A stretch of DNA of 49,885 nt from assembly GCA_013203315.1 (NCBI GenBank), contig JABMQJ010000005.1, forward strand, positions 1-49,885. The letters are read 5' to 3'. The position numbers were made by a program, and so were the translations under genes. The notes beneath the pieces were generated by a model that worked only from the letters and a program-made list of their open reading frames with translations, did no database searches and had not been told where the DNA came from. This document shows, piece after piece, positions 27,287 through 36,075 of this stretch. Each line of letters begins with the position of its first letter. The stretch's first letter is position 1. The stretch is from Candidatus Omnitrophota bacterium. Its GTDB lineage: Bacteria; Omnitrophota; Gorgyraeia; JABMRN01; RBG-13-46-9.

Positions 27287-28360
27287 TTATTCGTAAATTG
27301 GTGTGTGTTTAAAGGCGTTGACTTTATCAAGCCATCCCGTGTCTCCGTAACGCTCCTTGCGGTAAAGCCAATATTCGGCTCCCCACAAAAGAACCGTATC
27401 GATGCCAAGTGACAATACCTCATCTAAATATTCTGCCATAAGAGACGGGCTCACTGTAAGCGGATCTTCTTCTCCCTCATGAACAACTTGGCCGGGCTCC
27501 CAGGGTTCTGCCTGAAGCTCAGTAACCCATACATCTTTTCCTTCTTTCTTCGCGTTTTGGATAATCGGCGCAAAATATTTTATGCGCTCCTCCGGACTCG
27601 TCCGAAAGTAGAATTTTAACGCCTGCATTTTATGGCCGACAACGGGATAAATATTAAGCCCCAGAATATCAGCAAGCTTCGTGGCCTCGCTAGCAGCGTC
27701 GGTAGGACGGGTGATTTCATTTAAGAAGTGTAAAATTTTATTGGGGTAGGTCGCCACATTAATCATAATGGGCCTTTTTTCTGGGTCAAGGGATCTTACA
27801 AGACCCACTTCTTCTTTTAAAAATGCGGGCCCTATCCAAAATCTGTCGGGGCCGGACTTATCAAAAGGCTCATTCTCAACCTGCCAACAACAGATGATAG
27901 ACTCATCCCTATAGCGATTAACTACTTTTTTTACAAATTCGATTGTTTCTTTTCTCAAATAATCGCTTTTGGAAACGTCCTGCCCGGACTTTAACTGTAT
28001 TTTCTCAAGGATTCTCTCCGGTATAAAATATTCGGGCCAGCGCGGCGCTTTCATGCCGACGGTAAGGATAACCGGTATATTTCTTTTTTTCGCTTCACTT
28101 ATTTGCCAGTCCAGATATTTGAAGTCGTAACGGCCTTTCTTTTCTTCTATTCTGCTCCAGTATGCCCCGAGACGAATAATATCGATCCCCATGTCAAGAA
28201 TCGAAATATACACCTCTTTCCAATTCTGGCCGAAATATTCACACTGAACCTTGCTGTAGGTCGTGCCTATCCGGGGTTCCTCGGCAAAAAGAAATGCAGG
28301 TTGAGAGAAAATGAAAGAGGGCAGCATGATGATGGCTAGCGTATAGCGCAGTATTCTCAC
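27287..28360 (-). CDS. Secreted clan-A glycoside hydrolase (GH5/GH42-like)
   Basis: Signal peptide, IRLGAYWSRIE..KGRYDF..LDW, QVENEP acid/base, VTELQAEPW nucleophile, LLWGAEYW. Confidence 0.8.
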   Translation of the reverse strand: MRILRYTLAIIMLPSFIFSQPAFLFAEEPRIGTTYSKVQCEYFGQNWKEVYISILDMGIDIIRLGAYWSRIEEKKGRYDFKYLDWQISEAKKRNIPVILTVGMKAPRWPEYFIPERILEKIQLKSGQDVSKSDYLRKETIEFVKKVVNRYRDESIICCWQVENEPFDKSGPDRFWIGPAFLKEEVGLVRSLDPEKRPIMINVATYPNKILHFLNEITRPTDAASEATKLADILGLNIYPVVGHKMQALKFYFRTSPEERIKYFAPIIQNAKKEGKDVWVTELQAEPWEPGQVVHEGEEDPLTVSPSLMAEYLDEVLSLGIDTVLLWGAEYWLYRKERYGDTGWLDKVNAFKHTPIYE

Positions 28361-30003
28361 TTGGTGTTTTCCCGTTTTTTGGCCGCGACCCAGAACTCCA
28401 TGCGCTTTCCCATCATGAGGCGCGTTTGCGCGTCAAGCGCCGGAATGGCTCCGAGAAATAAGAATATTACCGGCACAAACAGCCATTGTAAGGCAAATAT
28501 AATTCGGTGTAGAATACGATATCGCACTTTTTGTGGCGGCAGGAGCAATATGCTGAGTATTATACTAGTTACCAGAGAGAATGACGCCAGATTAAAGATA
28601 ATACCCGCTACTCTGGGCGCGCTATAATAAAGTACGGAGTGTTGGAAGGCCTTGCCCGCAAAAAGCGCCGGTAATCCCCCAATAAAGGTGAGTAAAAACG
28701 CCCACGTGGCCCAAGAAATATGCCCTTCGAACAGTTTAAAGCCCAGTCTTATTTTATTATAAAAGGGAATTTTATTATTTTTCAGAAATCCTCTCATTAC
28801 GATAGGAAAATTCTCCACGCCCCAGGCCCATCTTCGCTTCTGTTTGTATTCATTAATGACCGTTTTGCGCCAAGAATCGGCCGCCACTATATCCATTGAA
28901 ACCGTCGTGTATATGGGCACCACTTTGTAATTACCGTCATAGTGAATATAGGCTTTCCAGAATATAGCCGAATCGTCGGAAACCATGTCCACCGGCCAGT
29001 ACCCTACTTCTACTAAGGCCGCAAAGCTCATGCTGTGGCTGGAAAACGTCACAAGTTTCTCCGGGTTCGTGGCCTCGATAAGCTGGAAAAATGATGATCC
29101 CGCTTCGATAACCCTCGCGAAGGCGGGCACATCCCAGATATTGTTGTAATAAACAGGTATCGGTTGGAAACTGGCTCGATACCTGTCGGGACAAACCATA
29201 AAGTTGTAAGTAAGACAGGCGAAATACACAGGCTTTACGACCGTATCGGAATCAAAACAGGAGACAATGACATTTTTAAATGCAATGCCTTTGGATTTCA
29301 GAAATTCGGCCGCTTCCCTGGCAGCATGACTTGCGTTAGCACCTTTTACGCGCGCCTCACCGGGAATACCGTTGGGATGCACAGAAACAAGGATATCGAA
29401 AAAACTATTCTTAAATTCGGCTTGGATGCCATAGACGCCTTCCTTGACAGTTTCGGGCGAGCGTTCTTCCAGCGCCAAAACAATGAGTATTTTCCTGGAA
29501 GGAAAGGTGCTGGCGGCAATACTCCGAATACCCGGCTCAACAACGCTCCTTACTTCATTTGCTATCGGTATTATGACAAGCTGATAAATATCGTCTAATG
29601 CCGGAATTTCTATGTTTCTCTTTTTAAAAGACTCCAGCTCCTTTCTGTGAAAGAGCCGGGAAAGCCTGTCTTTCAATTTGATACCCGGAACTAAAGCTTG
29701 CAAGCCCTTGAGATAATCATCAAAGTTGCCAAGCCCCCTTGCCCTCGTAATCCAATCAACACCTTTCTCTATAGAAAGCCTGTTGTAGGACAGTATAAGA
29801 AATATCGTAAGATAAAAAATGCGCATGAGCCAATACAAGTAAAAGGCGATTATTATAACAGCGGCCAATTCCTCTTCCCAGAAGGAAAGTATAATCATAC
29901 CTATAATAATGGCCCAGCTTGTAGCCCCCGGGATAATTTCGAACAGGCGCTGCACCTTTTTTTCGATTCCCTTTAAGCCGTGCCTTGAAAAATTAAATTC
30001 CAT
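28357..30003 (-). CDS. Integral-membrane processive GT2 glycosyltransferase
   Basis: KGAN, FDSD (DxD), VSDDS, QKRRWAWG (QxxRW); TMs at both ends. Confidence 0.85.
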   Translation of the reverse strand: MEFNFSRHGLKGIEKKVQRLFEIIPGATSWAIIIGMIILSFWEEELAAVIIIAFYLYWLMRIFYLTIFLILSYNRLSIEKGVDWITRARGLGNFDDYLKGLQALVPGIKLKDRLSRLFHRKELESFKKRNIEIPALDDIYQLVIIPIANEVRSVVEPGIRSIAASTFPSRKILIVLALEERSPETVKEGVYGIQAEFKNSFFDILVSVHPNGIPGEARVKGANASHAAREAAEFLKSKGIAFKNVIVSCFDSDTVVKPVYFACLTYNFMVCPDRYRASFQPIPVYYNNIWDVPAFARVIEAGSSFFQLIEATNPEKLVTFSSHSMSFAALVEVGYWPVDMVSDDSAIFWKAYIHYDGNYKVVPIYTTVSMDIVAADSWRKTVINEYKQKRRWAWGVENFPIVMRGFLKNNKIPFYNKIRLGFKLFEGHISWATWAFLLTFIGGLPALFAGKAFQHSVLYYSAPRVAGIIFNLASFSLVTSIILSILLLPPQKVRYRILHRIIFALQWLFVPVIFLFLGAIPALDAQTRLMMGKRMEFWVAAKKRENTK

Positions 30004-30019
30004 GAACCTTTCCTTTTAT

Positions 30020-31441
30020 TTATTTTTTGCTTTGGTTCTGTTGTAGCTCAAGAATCGTTACCGACATGAATTTCCCGGACTGCGGCTCCAGGTAATAGAG
30101 CAATCCTTCTCTTTCTGAATAAGAAACCGAACTTCCGTTTTTCACGGTACAAAGGCGCATGGGGCTATGGTTAGCGTAATCCTGAATGTCAATAATCGAA
30201 ATAGTGTCGCCGTCTTTAAAAAGAACGTGCGAGCTGCCGTAGACCCAAAAAGCTTCTTCAATATTGCTGCCTTCGGAAAAAACCCACTCAAAGGTGGGTG
30301 GTATTTCAAACGTGATATTTCCGGTCGTTTCGGTCGAAAAATCTAAAACACCTATCTTGTCCTTCCTCCACACAAGAAAACGCCCGTCGGATTCCGAAAG
30401 CGCTATCCCCTTTACGCCGCCGGAGACGAATCTATACGGAAGGCGGTTAGCCAAAAGTTCGCCGCTTTTTTCACCGATAAAAAGTATTATGTTGTTCGGC
30501 AACGGCATGACGCGGTAGTAATCCGCCATGTCAAAGATTTCCCTACCAAGTTCGGTGTCGTTTAGAATTTCCTTTACGCTGCTTTTGTCATAGCCCATCG
30601 AAACAAAAACATCCTTGTCGTTCAATAAGTAGATCGACCCGTTAAAAATGCCGAATCCACGAACATTTTTAATGTATTCCGGATAAAGCGCTTTGGACTT
30701 AATGTCTATCTTATTTACGTGTTCCCCCTGCAAGGCAAATACATCGTTTTTATTTCCCGCTTCCCACAACACTTGTCTTGGTATTTCCGGGAAAAGCTCG
30801 GTAATATCGCCAAGCAGCGGCTCTTTCGCGCTAAGGTCAAGCTGCAACGCTTTATATTCGCTTTTTGACCCTACCATTAATATCACATAGGGGCTCTTTT
30901 TCACTGTGAAATAAGCGTAGACAGGGTACCCGGCATACGGCGACCCGGAAGGAACGGCAGGATAGAAATTCTTTGCGTTACGGTCATATATCAGCCAGTC
31001 CCCTAAGATCGCGCTTTTTGCCAAAACAACAAAAGGCGTCCCGCGAATAAGCAATAAGTTTTCAAATTCATGCGGTGAAATAATTTCTATTTCGGGGGCC
31101 TTCGGGAGAAGTATTATTTTGTCTAAAACCGTGGCTTTGCCCGCCCGGACCGGAAGGGTTTGGCTCCATATCCCATAGCCATCCAAAAACAACCTTACCG
31201 TATACTCTCCCGAAGACAGCTGTTCAATGAGGGCCGGGGTTTTGCCGTCAAAAATCTTATCATTTATATATACCGATGCCCCGGTGGGCAGTGTCGAGAG
31301 ATGTATGTCCCCCGTAACCATTATGTGCGTTTCTACGTCGGGTTTATATATATAGCCCAGGGCATAGAGAATGATAAGCGGGCACAGTATAATATAGGTA
31401 AAGACAAAGATATAAAAAACAATTTTTCGTAACAATACCAT
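30020..31441 (-). CDS. PEGA-domain membrane-anchored protein
   Basis: N-terminal TM, then TGDIHLSTLPTGASVYIN...TP...GEYTVRL..DGY PEGA signature, followed by a beta-rich region. Confidence 0.8.
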   Translation of the reverse strand: MVLLRKIVFYIFVFTYIILCPLIILYALGYIYKPDVETHIMVTGDIHLSTLPTGASVYINDKIFDGKTPALIEQLSSGEYTVRLFLDGYGIWSQTLPVRAGKATVLDKIILLPKAPEIEIISPHEFENLLLIRGTPFVVLAKSAILGDWLIYDRNAKNFYPAVPSGSPYAGYPVYAYFTVKKSPYVILMVGSKSEYKALQLDLSAKEPLLGDITELFPEIPRQVLWEAGNKNDVFALQGEHVNKIDIKSKALYPEYIKNVRGFGIFNGSIYLLNDKDVFVSMGYDKSSVKEILNDTELGREIFDMADYYRVMPLPNNIILFIGEKSGELLANRLPYRFVSGGVKGIALSESDGRFLVWRKDKIGVLDFSTETTGNITFEIPPTFEWVFSEGSNIEEAFWVYGSSHVLFKDGDTISIIDIQDYANHSPMRLCTVKNGSSVSYSEREGLLYYLEPQSGKFMSVTILELQQNQSKK

Positions 31442-31463
31442 ATTTTTTATTTCAGTAATTTAC

Positions 31464-31712
31464 TTATTTAGAGAATTTGTTGTAAAGCCAGGCTATAAGA
31501 ACTCCGCCAATACCGGCGTCACAGAACCCCCAGAGGCCTCCTATAACACTACCCTTGATAGAAGTGCTATAACCGATGTATTTTGACCCTATTGAGCTCA
31601 CCATATCAGCAGCATAGCCTGTCTGCCTGGCGGCTATCCCCAGCATGACCAAAGACGCGCCCCAGAGGATGCCGAGAGCAAGGCCTAGGGCCTTTACATT
31701 CAATTTTACCAT
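31464..31712 (-). CDS. Small 2-TM membrane protein (holin-like family)
   Basis: Likely start MVKLNVKALGL at 31712 (AGGAGGTG SD); YIGYS....GSVIGGLWGF.D...G...AWLYN. Confidence 0.7.
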   Translation of the reverse strand: MVKLNVKALGLALGILWGASLVMLGIAARQTGYAADMVSSIGSKYIGYSTSIKGSVIGGLWGFCDAGIGGVLIAWLYNKFSK

Positions 31713-31769
31713 GATACACCTCCTGTTTTTTAAAGTATATCCGTAAAAAGGCAAAAATGCAAAAAAATC

Positions 31770-31798
31770 TTGACATTTACGCAAAAACCGTGTATATT
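31770..31798 (+). promoter_or_regulatory. sigma70-type promoter for rpsU and the RRM gene
   Basis: TTGACA-17 nt-TATATT. Confidence 0.65.
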
Positions 31799-31943
31799 TA
31801 TACATACGTAAGTGGTTATTTCTGAGATTTGATTGATGTATGATTCTTCCTATCAGCTTCACTCCACTCATGAATATTCCCAAACACATAGTAGAAGTTG
31901 TTTACAAACCGCGAAGCGGTAACTATATATTAAGAAAGGCATT

Positions 31944-32105
31944 ATGGCAAAAATAGAGATCTACAACGAGCGAGACTTCGAAAGATCGTTAAAGCGTTTT
32001 AAGATGCGCTGTTTAAAAGAAGGTATTTTTAGAGAGTGCCGCGAAAGGCGCCATTTTGTTAAACCATCACAAAAAAGGAGGGAAAAGGGAAAGAAAAAAA
32101 GATAA
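31944..32105 (+). CDS. rpsU: 30S ribosomal protein S21
   Basis: Below the ORF-track cutoff. Manual translation MAKIEIYNERDFERSLKRFKMRCLKEGIFRECRERRHFVKPSQKRREKGKKKR* matches the S21 pattern (LKRFK, E.R.R..F.KPS.KRR). Confidence 0.9.
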   Translation: MAKIEIYNERDFERSLKRFKMRCLKEGIFRECRERRHFVKPSQKRREKGKKKR

Positions 32106-32173
32106 GTATTTGATTTGTGTTTTGAAAAAATGTTGTTCCGCCATAGGCGGAAAATGAAAAAGGAGAATTGATA

Positions 32174-32503
32174 ATGGAACAAAGCAAACTGTACGTAGGC
32201 AACTTGGATTACAACACAACGGAAGACGAACTAAAGAGCCACTTCGAGACAAAAGGAGTACAAACAAAGTCGGTAACCCTTATAAAGGATAAATATACGG
32301 GCCGAGCGAAAGGCTTTGGTTTTGTTGAAGTTGAATCAGAAGAAGCAATCCAGAAGGCAATTGAAGCCCTAGACGGCCAAGAGCTTAATGGACGCAAACT
32401 GACCGTAAATAAAGCCAAACCTCCGAGAGAAAGAGGTAGCGGCGGATTCGGCGGCGGATCAGGCGGCTCAGGCGGCGGTGGCGGAAGACGCTCACGCTTC
32501 TAA
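32174..32503 (+). CDS. RRM-domain RNA-binding protein with Gly-rich tail
   Basis: RNP2 LYVGNL, RNP1 KGFGFVE, GRKLTVNKAKP; AGGAG SD. Confidence 0.93.
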   Translation: MEQSKLYVGNLDYNTTEDELKSHFETKGVQTKSVTLIKDKYTGRAKGFGFVEVESEEAIQKAIEALDGQELNGRKLTVNKAKPPRERGSGGFGGGSGGSGGGGGRRSRF

Positions 32504-32525
32504 TTCGTAAATATTTACGAAAAGC

Positions 32526-32558
32526 AAAAAGGCGGGTGAAATCACCCGCCTTTTTTTT
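32526..32558. terminator. Bidirectional rho-independent terminator
   Basis: AAAAAGGCGGGTGA-AA-TCACCCGCCTTTTTTTT between convergent genes. Confidence 0.85.
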
Positions 32559-32580
32559 ATTTGAATAAATGGTTAAAGAT

Positions 32581-33126
32581 CTATTTATTCATTTTCGTAA
32601 TTTTGGAACCTTCAAGCGTAAGGTTATACATTAAACCCTTTTGATCGAAGATAAACGCGACAATGGGCTGATTAATATCAGCCGTGCTGATCTCTCCCCC
32701 TGCCCCGACTGCAATTACGGCGACAGAAGCATCTACCCCGACTTTCCAACCGGCGCTTGCGCGAAACTTATCGAGCGCGTTTTGATCCATAAATGCTATG
32801 ATAATCGTCTTCTTTTGCGCGCCAAGCTGCAAACCAAATGATGCTGCTGCGGTATTGTAATAACCGGCTGTCTTGCCTCTTACTACAAGAGCACCTTCTC
32901 CGTATTCGCCACCTATGCCAATTCCCGCTTTGAAAACTTTCGGAAAAACTAAAATTCCCCTTGCCCTCTTTATGAGACCGCTCGATCCTCTCACTTCCTC
33001 AAAAAGTTTCAAGGAAGCGCTTACGTCTTTGTCAATCTGCTTGGCCGTCGCGGCCATCGCATCGCCGGCTACTAGTAGCCCCACAACGCTTACTGCTAAG
33101 GCAGTTACTAAAAAAAGTTTGGCCAC
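32581..33126 (-). CDS. Ysc84/SYLF lipid-binding domain secreted protein
   Basis: Signal peptide; GILVFPKVFKAGIGIGGEYGEG, SFGLQLGAQ, KGLMYNLTLEGSKI. Confidence 0.85.
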   Translation of the reverse strand: MAKLFLVTALAVSVVGLLVAGDAMAATAKQIDKDVSASLKLFEEVRGSSGLIKRARGILVFPKVFKAGIGIGGEYGEGALVVRGKTAGYYNTAAASFGLQLGAQKKTIIIAFMDQNALDKFRASAGWKVGVDASVAVIAVGAGGEISTADINQPIVAFIFDQKGLMYNLTLEGSKITKMNK

Positions 33127-33128
33127 CC

Positions 33129-33722
33129 CTACCTCCTTTTGTTACTTGTGCCTAAAAGATCCACACCTAATTTTCTAAAAAGCTCACCGAGCTTTATCAT
33201 TGGCAATCCTAAAACATTATAAAACGAGCCGTTTATGTTGTCAAATATAAATGCGCCGGGGCCCTCTATTGAGAAACCTCCCGCCTTGTCGTGCGGGCCG
33301 GCTATTTTCACAAATTTATTTATTTCTCCGCGCGAAAGTTTTCTGACGCACACCCTTGAGATATCGACAGCGCTTGCCGATTTTCCGGTTTTCGAGTCTA
33401 TTACGCAAAGGCCCGTATAGACAAGCATTTTTTTTCCCGAAAATGCCCGAAGAAGCAACTTTGCCTCTTTTCTAGTTTTTGGCTTTCCGATGATGCGCTT
33501 TCCCAATAAAACAAGCGTGTCAGCGCCTATGATAACGCTTTTTTTATATCTATCCGCTATTTTTTCCGCCTTTATGCGGGCGTTATGCAAAACGTTGAAT
33601 TTAGCCCCCTTCTTGCGGTCCATCTTTTCAGAAACGCCGCTTTTAGCGACCCTGTGCGGTATCCCGCAGCTTTCAAGTATCTTCGAGCGCCTCTTTGACG
33701 CTGAGGCTAATACTATCTTCAT
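33129..33722 (-). CDS. maf: Maf family nucleoside triphosphate pyrophosphatase
   Basis: IVLASASKRR, IIGADTLV, GKP, DKAGGFSI, NVLGLP. Confidence 0.92.
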   Translation of the reverse strand: MKIVLASASKRRSKILESCGIPHRVAKSGVSEKMDRKKGAKFNVLHNARIKAEKIADRYKKSVIIGADTLVLLGKRIIGKPKTRKEAKLLLRAFSGKKMLVYTGLCVIDSKTGKSASAVDISRVCVRKLSRGEINKFVKIAGPHDKAGGFSIEGPGAFIFDNINGSFYNVLGLPMIKLGELFRKLGVDLLGTSNKRR

Positions 33723-34951
33723 ATGTTATCTCCGCAAACCCATCCGGTAGAAAATGCCGCCTGCATGTTATACCCGCCTGTCTTGGCGTCTATGTCTATT
33801 ACCTCGCCCGCAAAAAAAAGCCCCTTCACGAGCCTTGATTCCATGGTTTTCGGGTTTATCTCTTTTGTGTCAACGCCGCCCCTTGTAACGATGCCGTCTT
33901 CGACCGGCATTACGCCCGATACCGTCAACCTTAAATCAAACAGGCCCTTTATGAGCCTTTTTCTCTCCTCGGCCGTAACCTGGTTGGCGCTTTTATTGGC
34001 GTCTATCTTGCAGTATTCAAGAAACCGTTCTATTATACCCTGGGGGAGAAGATTCTTAAATATATTTTTTATTGCTTTGCCGGAATTTGTCCTGAATTCG
34101 CGCAGTAATCTGGCATCCAGCTTTTTGCGGTCAAGGGCCGGCTTAAAGTTAATGGAAATCTCGGTGGTAGCCTTAAGCTTTAAGGCGTCGTAAACGGCCG
34201 CACTCATGTCAAGAATGACGGGGCCCGATAGACCAACGTGCGTAAAAAGCATCTCGCCAAATCTTTCGTCTATTTTTTTGCCTCCGGCAAAAAGCGTTAA
34301 GCGCACGTTTTTAAGAGATATGCCCTTCCAGTCTTTCATAAAGCTTTCTTTGATAAGAATAGGTGAAAGGGCCGGTTTTGCGGGTATGACCGCGTGCCCG
34401 AGCTTCAGGATAATCTTGTACCCGTCGCCGGTTGAACCTGTTCGGGGATAGCTAAGCCCGCCTGTAGTGACGGCAACGCGCGGGGCCGTAAAAAGCTTAC
34501 CGGAATACGTAAGTACGCCCTCTATTTTTTTGTTTTTTATGAGGATCTCCCGCACGCGAACGCCGGTAAGAACTTCGATATTTTTGTTTTTTAATTTTGA
34601 TTTTAATACGTTCAGGATATCGCCCGACCTATCGCTTACCGGAAATACGCGCTCGCCCCGCTCTGTTTTGAGCCTAACACCGGCATCTTCGAAAAATGAC
34701 ATGAGATCAGTATTAAAAAATTTTGCGAAGGAGTTTCTAAGGAAATTGCGCGACTGTGAGAATTTCCCGAGAAAGTCTTCAGTATCGCAGGCATTCGTGA
34801 GATTACACCTGCCCTTCCCAGAGATTAGGAGTTTCTTGCCGAGGGTATTGTTCCGCTCAATGAGGAGGATAGATCTATTTTTTTCAGCTGCGCGGATCGC
34901 GGCCATCATGCCGGCCGGTCCGGCCCCGATTATGATCGCGTCATATGGCAT
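33719..34951 (-). CDS. HI0933/YhiN (BaiN-like) flavoprotein
   Basis: GAGPAG, GKKLLISGKGRCNLTN, TGGLSYP.TGSTGDG, GEMLFTH.GLSGP, GEVIDID..TGGYN.Q.A.STG. Confidence 0.9.
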   Translation of the reverse strand: MPYDAIIIGAGPAGMMAAIRAAEKNRSILLIERNNTLGKKLLISGKGRCNLTNACDTEDFLGKFSQSRNFLRNSFAKFFNTDLMSFFEDAGVRLKTERGERVFPVSDRSGDILNVLKSKLKNKNIEVLTGVRVREILIKNKKIEGVLTYSGKLFTAPRVAVTTGGLSYPRTGSTGDGYKIILKLGHAVIPAKPALSPILIKESFMKDWKGISLKNVRLTLFAGGKKIDERFGEMLFTHVGLSGPVILDMSAAVYDALKLKATTEISINFKPALDRKKLDARLLREFRTNSGKAIKNIFKNLLPQGIIERFLEYCKIDANKSANQVTAEERKRLIKGLFDLRLTVSGVMPVEDGIVTRGGVDTKEINPKTMESRLVKGLFFAGEVIDIDAKTGGYNMQAAFSTGWVCGDNI

Positions 34952-35954
34952 GTTCTGTAAACTTTATGATATCGTTCATCATCTTTACCACCAGGGCAGG
35001 GTGCGCGCCTACTGCGGTTTCCCCGGAGAGCATCAGGTAGCCGGAACCGTCGATTATGGCGTTTGCGACGTCACTTACTTCAGCGCGTGTCGGCCTTTTG
35101 TGCTCGGTCATACTTTCAAGCATCTGAGTGGCCGTTATTACCATTTTTTTGCGTTTGATACATTTTTTTATAATCATTTTTTGCATTATGGGAACTTCGT
35201 ATATGGGCAAAGATACTCCCATGTCCCCTCGCGCTATCATGATACCATCGGCGACATCCAGTATTTCATCAATATTTTTAATGCCTTCTTTGTTTTCAAT
35301 TTTTGCGATGATACCGGGCCGGGCTGGCCGGCAATCGGTGAATTTCCTTACGTTTAGAACGTCTTTTTTATTTCTTACAAATGATTGTGCGACAAAATCA
35401 ACTTTGTTTTTTATGCCGAATTGCAGGTCCTTTTTATCTTTTTCGGTCATGTCTTTGAATTTAAGTTTAATGCCGGGTATATTAACGCCCTTATTTTCCT
35501 TTACGATCCCGGGCGTAATCACCTCTGCGGTTATCCTGTTCCTTGAAGAGGATTTTACCAAGAGCGCTATGTTACCGTCGTCTATATATAGGGAGCTACC
35601 TTTTTTTATATCACGCAAGGGGCCATCGTAATCAAACGGTATGGTTCCCTGAGAATCTATCTTTTCCTGATTACTCAAATAAACTGTTTGTCTTTTTTTT
35701 AATTCTACGTATTTTCTGTTTTTGAATTTTCCTATTCTTATCCGATAACCCTCCAGGTCCTGGAGAACCTTTATGCTGCGACGGTACTTTTTGTTTAACT
35801 TTCTTATTAAGTCCATGCGGCCGGCGTGTTCAGCATGACTTCCGTGCGAAAAATTAAGCCGGGCTACATCCATCCCCGCCAGCATCATTTTTCGAAGCGT
35901 GGTGACATTTCCGCTTGAAGGGCCCAGCGTACATATTATTTTTGTCTTAACCAT
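34941..35954 (-). CDS. pyk: Pyruvate kinase lacking the C-terminal domain
   Basis: KTKIICTLGP, RLNFSHG, IIAKIE, MIARGDMG, ATQMLESM, PTRAEVSDVANA, MLSGETA; only 337 aa. Confidence 0.9.
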   Translation of the reverse strand: MVKTKIICTLGPSSGNVTTLRKMMLAGMDVARLNFSHGSHAEHAGRMDLIRKLNKKYRRSIKVLQDLEGYRIRIGKFKNRKYVELKKRQTVYLSNQEKIDSQGTIPFDYDGPLRDIKKGSSLYIDDGNIALLVKSSSRNRITAEVITPGIVKENKGVNIPGIKLKFKDMTEKDKKDLQFGIKNKVDFVAQSFVRNKKDVLNVRKFTDCRPARPGIIAKIENKEGIKNIDEILDVADGIMIARGDMGVSLPIYEVPIMQKMIIKKCIKRKKMVITATQMLESMTEHKRPTRAEVSDVANAIIDGSGYLMLSGETAVGAHPALVVKMMNDIIKFTEHAI

Positions 35955-36017
35955 TAGTTAGATTATACACTTTGAGGCCGTAAATCCCAAGTAAAAAAGC
36001 AATGTAGGCTAAAAGAG

Positions 36018-36046
36018 TTGCAAGGCGGCGCTCTTTCTGATATATT
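36018..36046 (+). promoter_or_regulatory. sigma70-type promoter
   Basis: TTGCAA-17 nt-TATATT with TGn, upstream of the REC-EAL gene. Confidence 0.55.
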
Positions 36047-36075
36047 GATACATTGAAAGGCGCTAATGGCTAATC

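Noticed and set aside
31464-31712. Holin as evidence of a prophage
   Set aside because: No endolysin or structural phage genes; isolated small membrane protein.
31895-31925. c-di-GMP-I (GEMM) riboswitch resemblance (CAAACC...GAA hairpin)
   Set aside because: The second stem and the GACGCAAA-type junction are absent.
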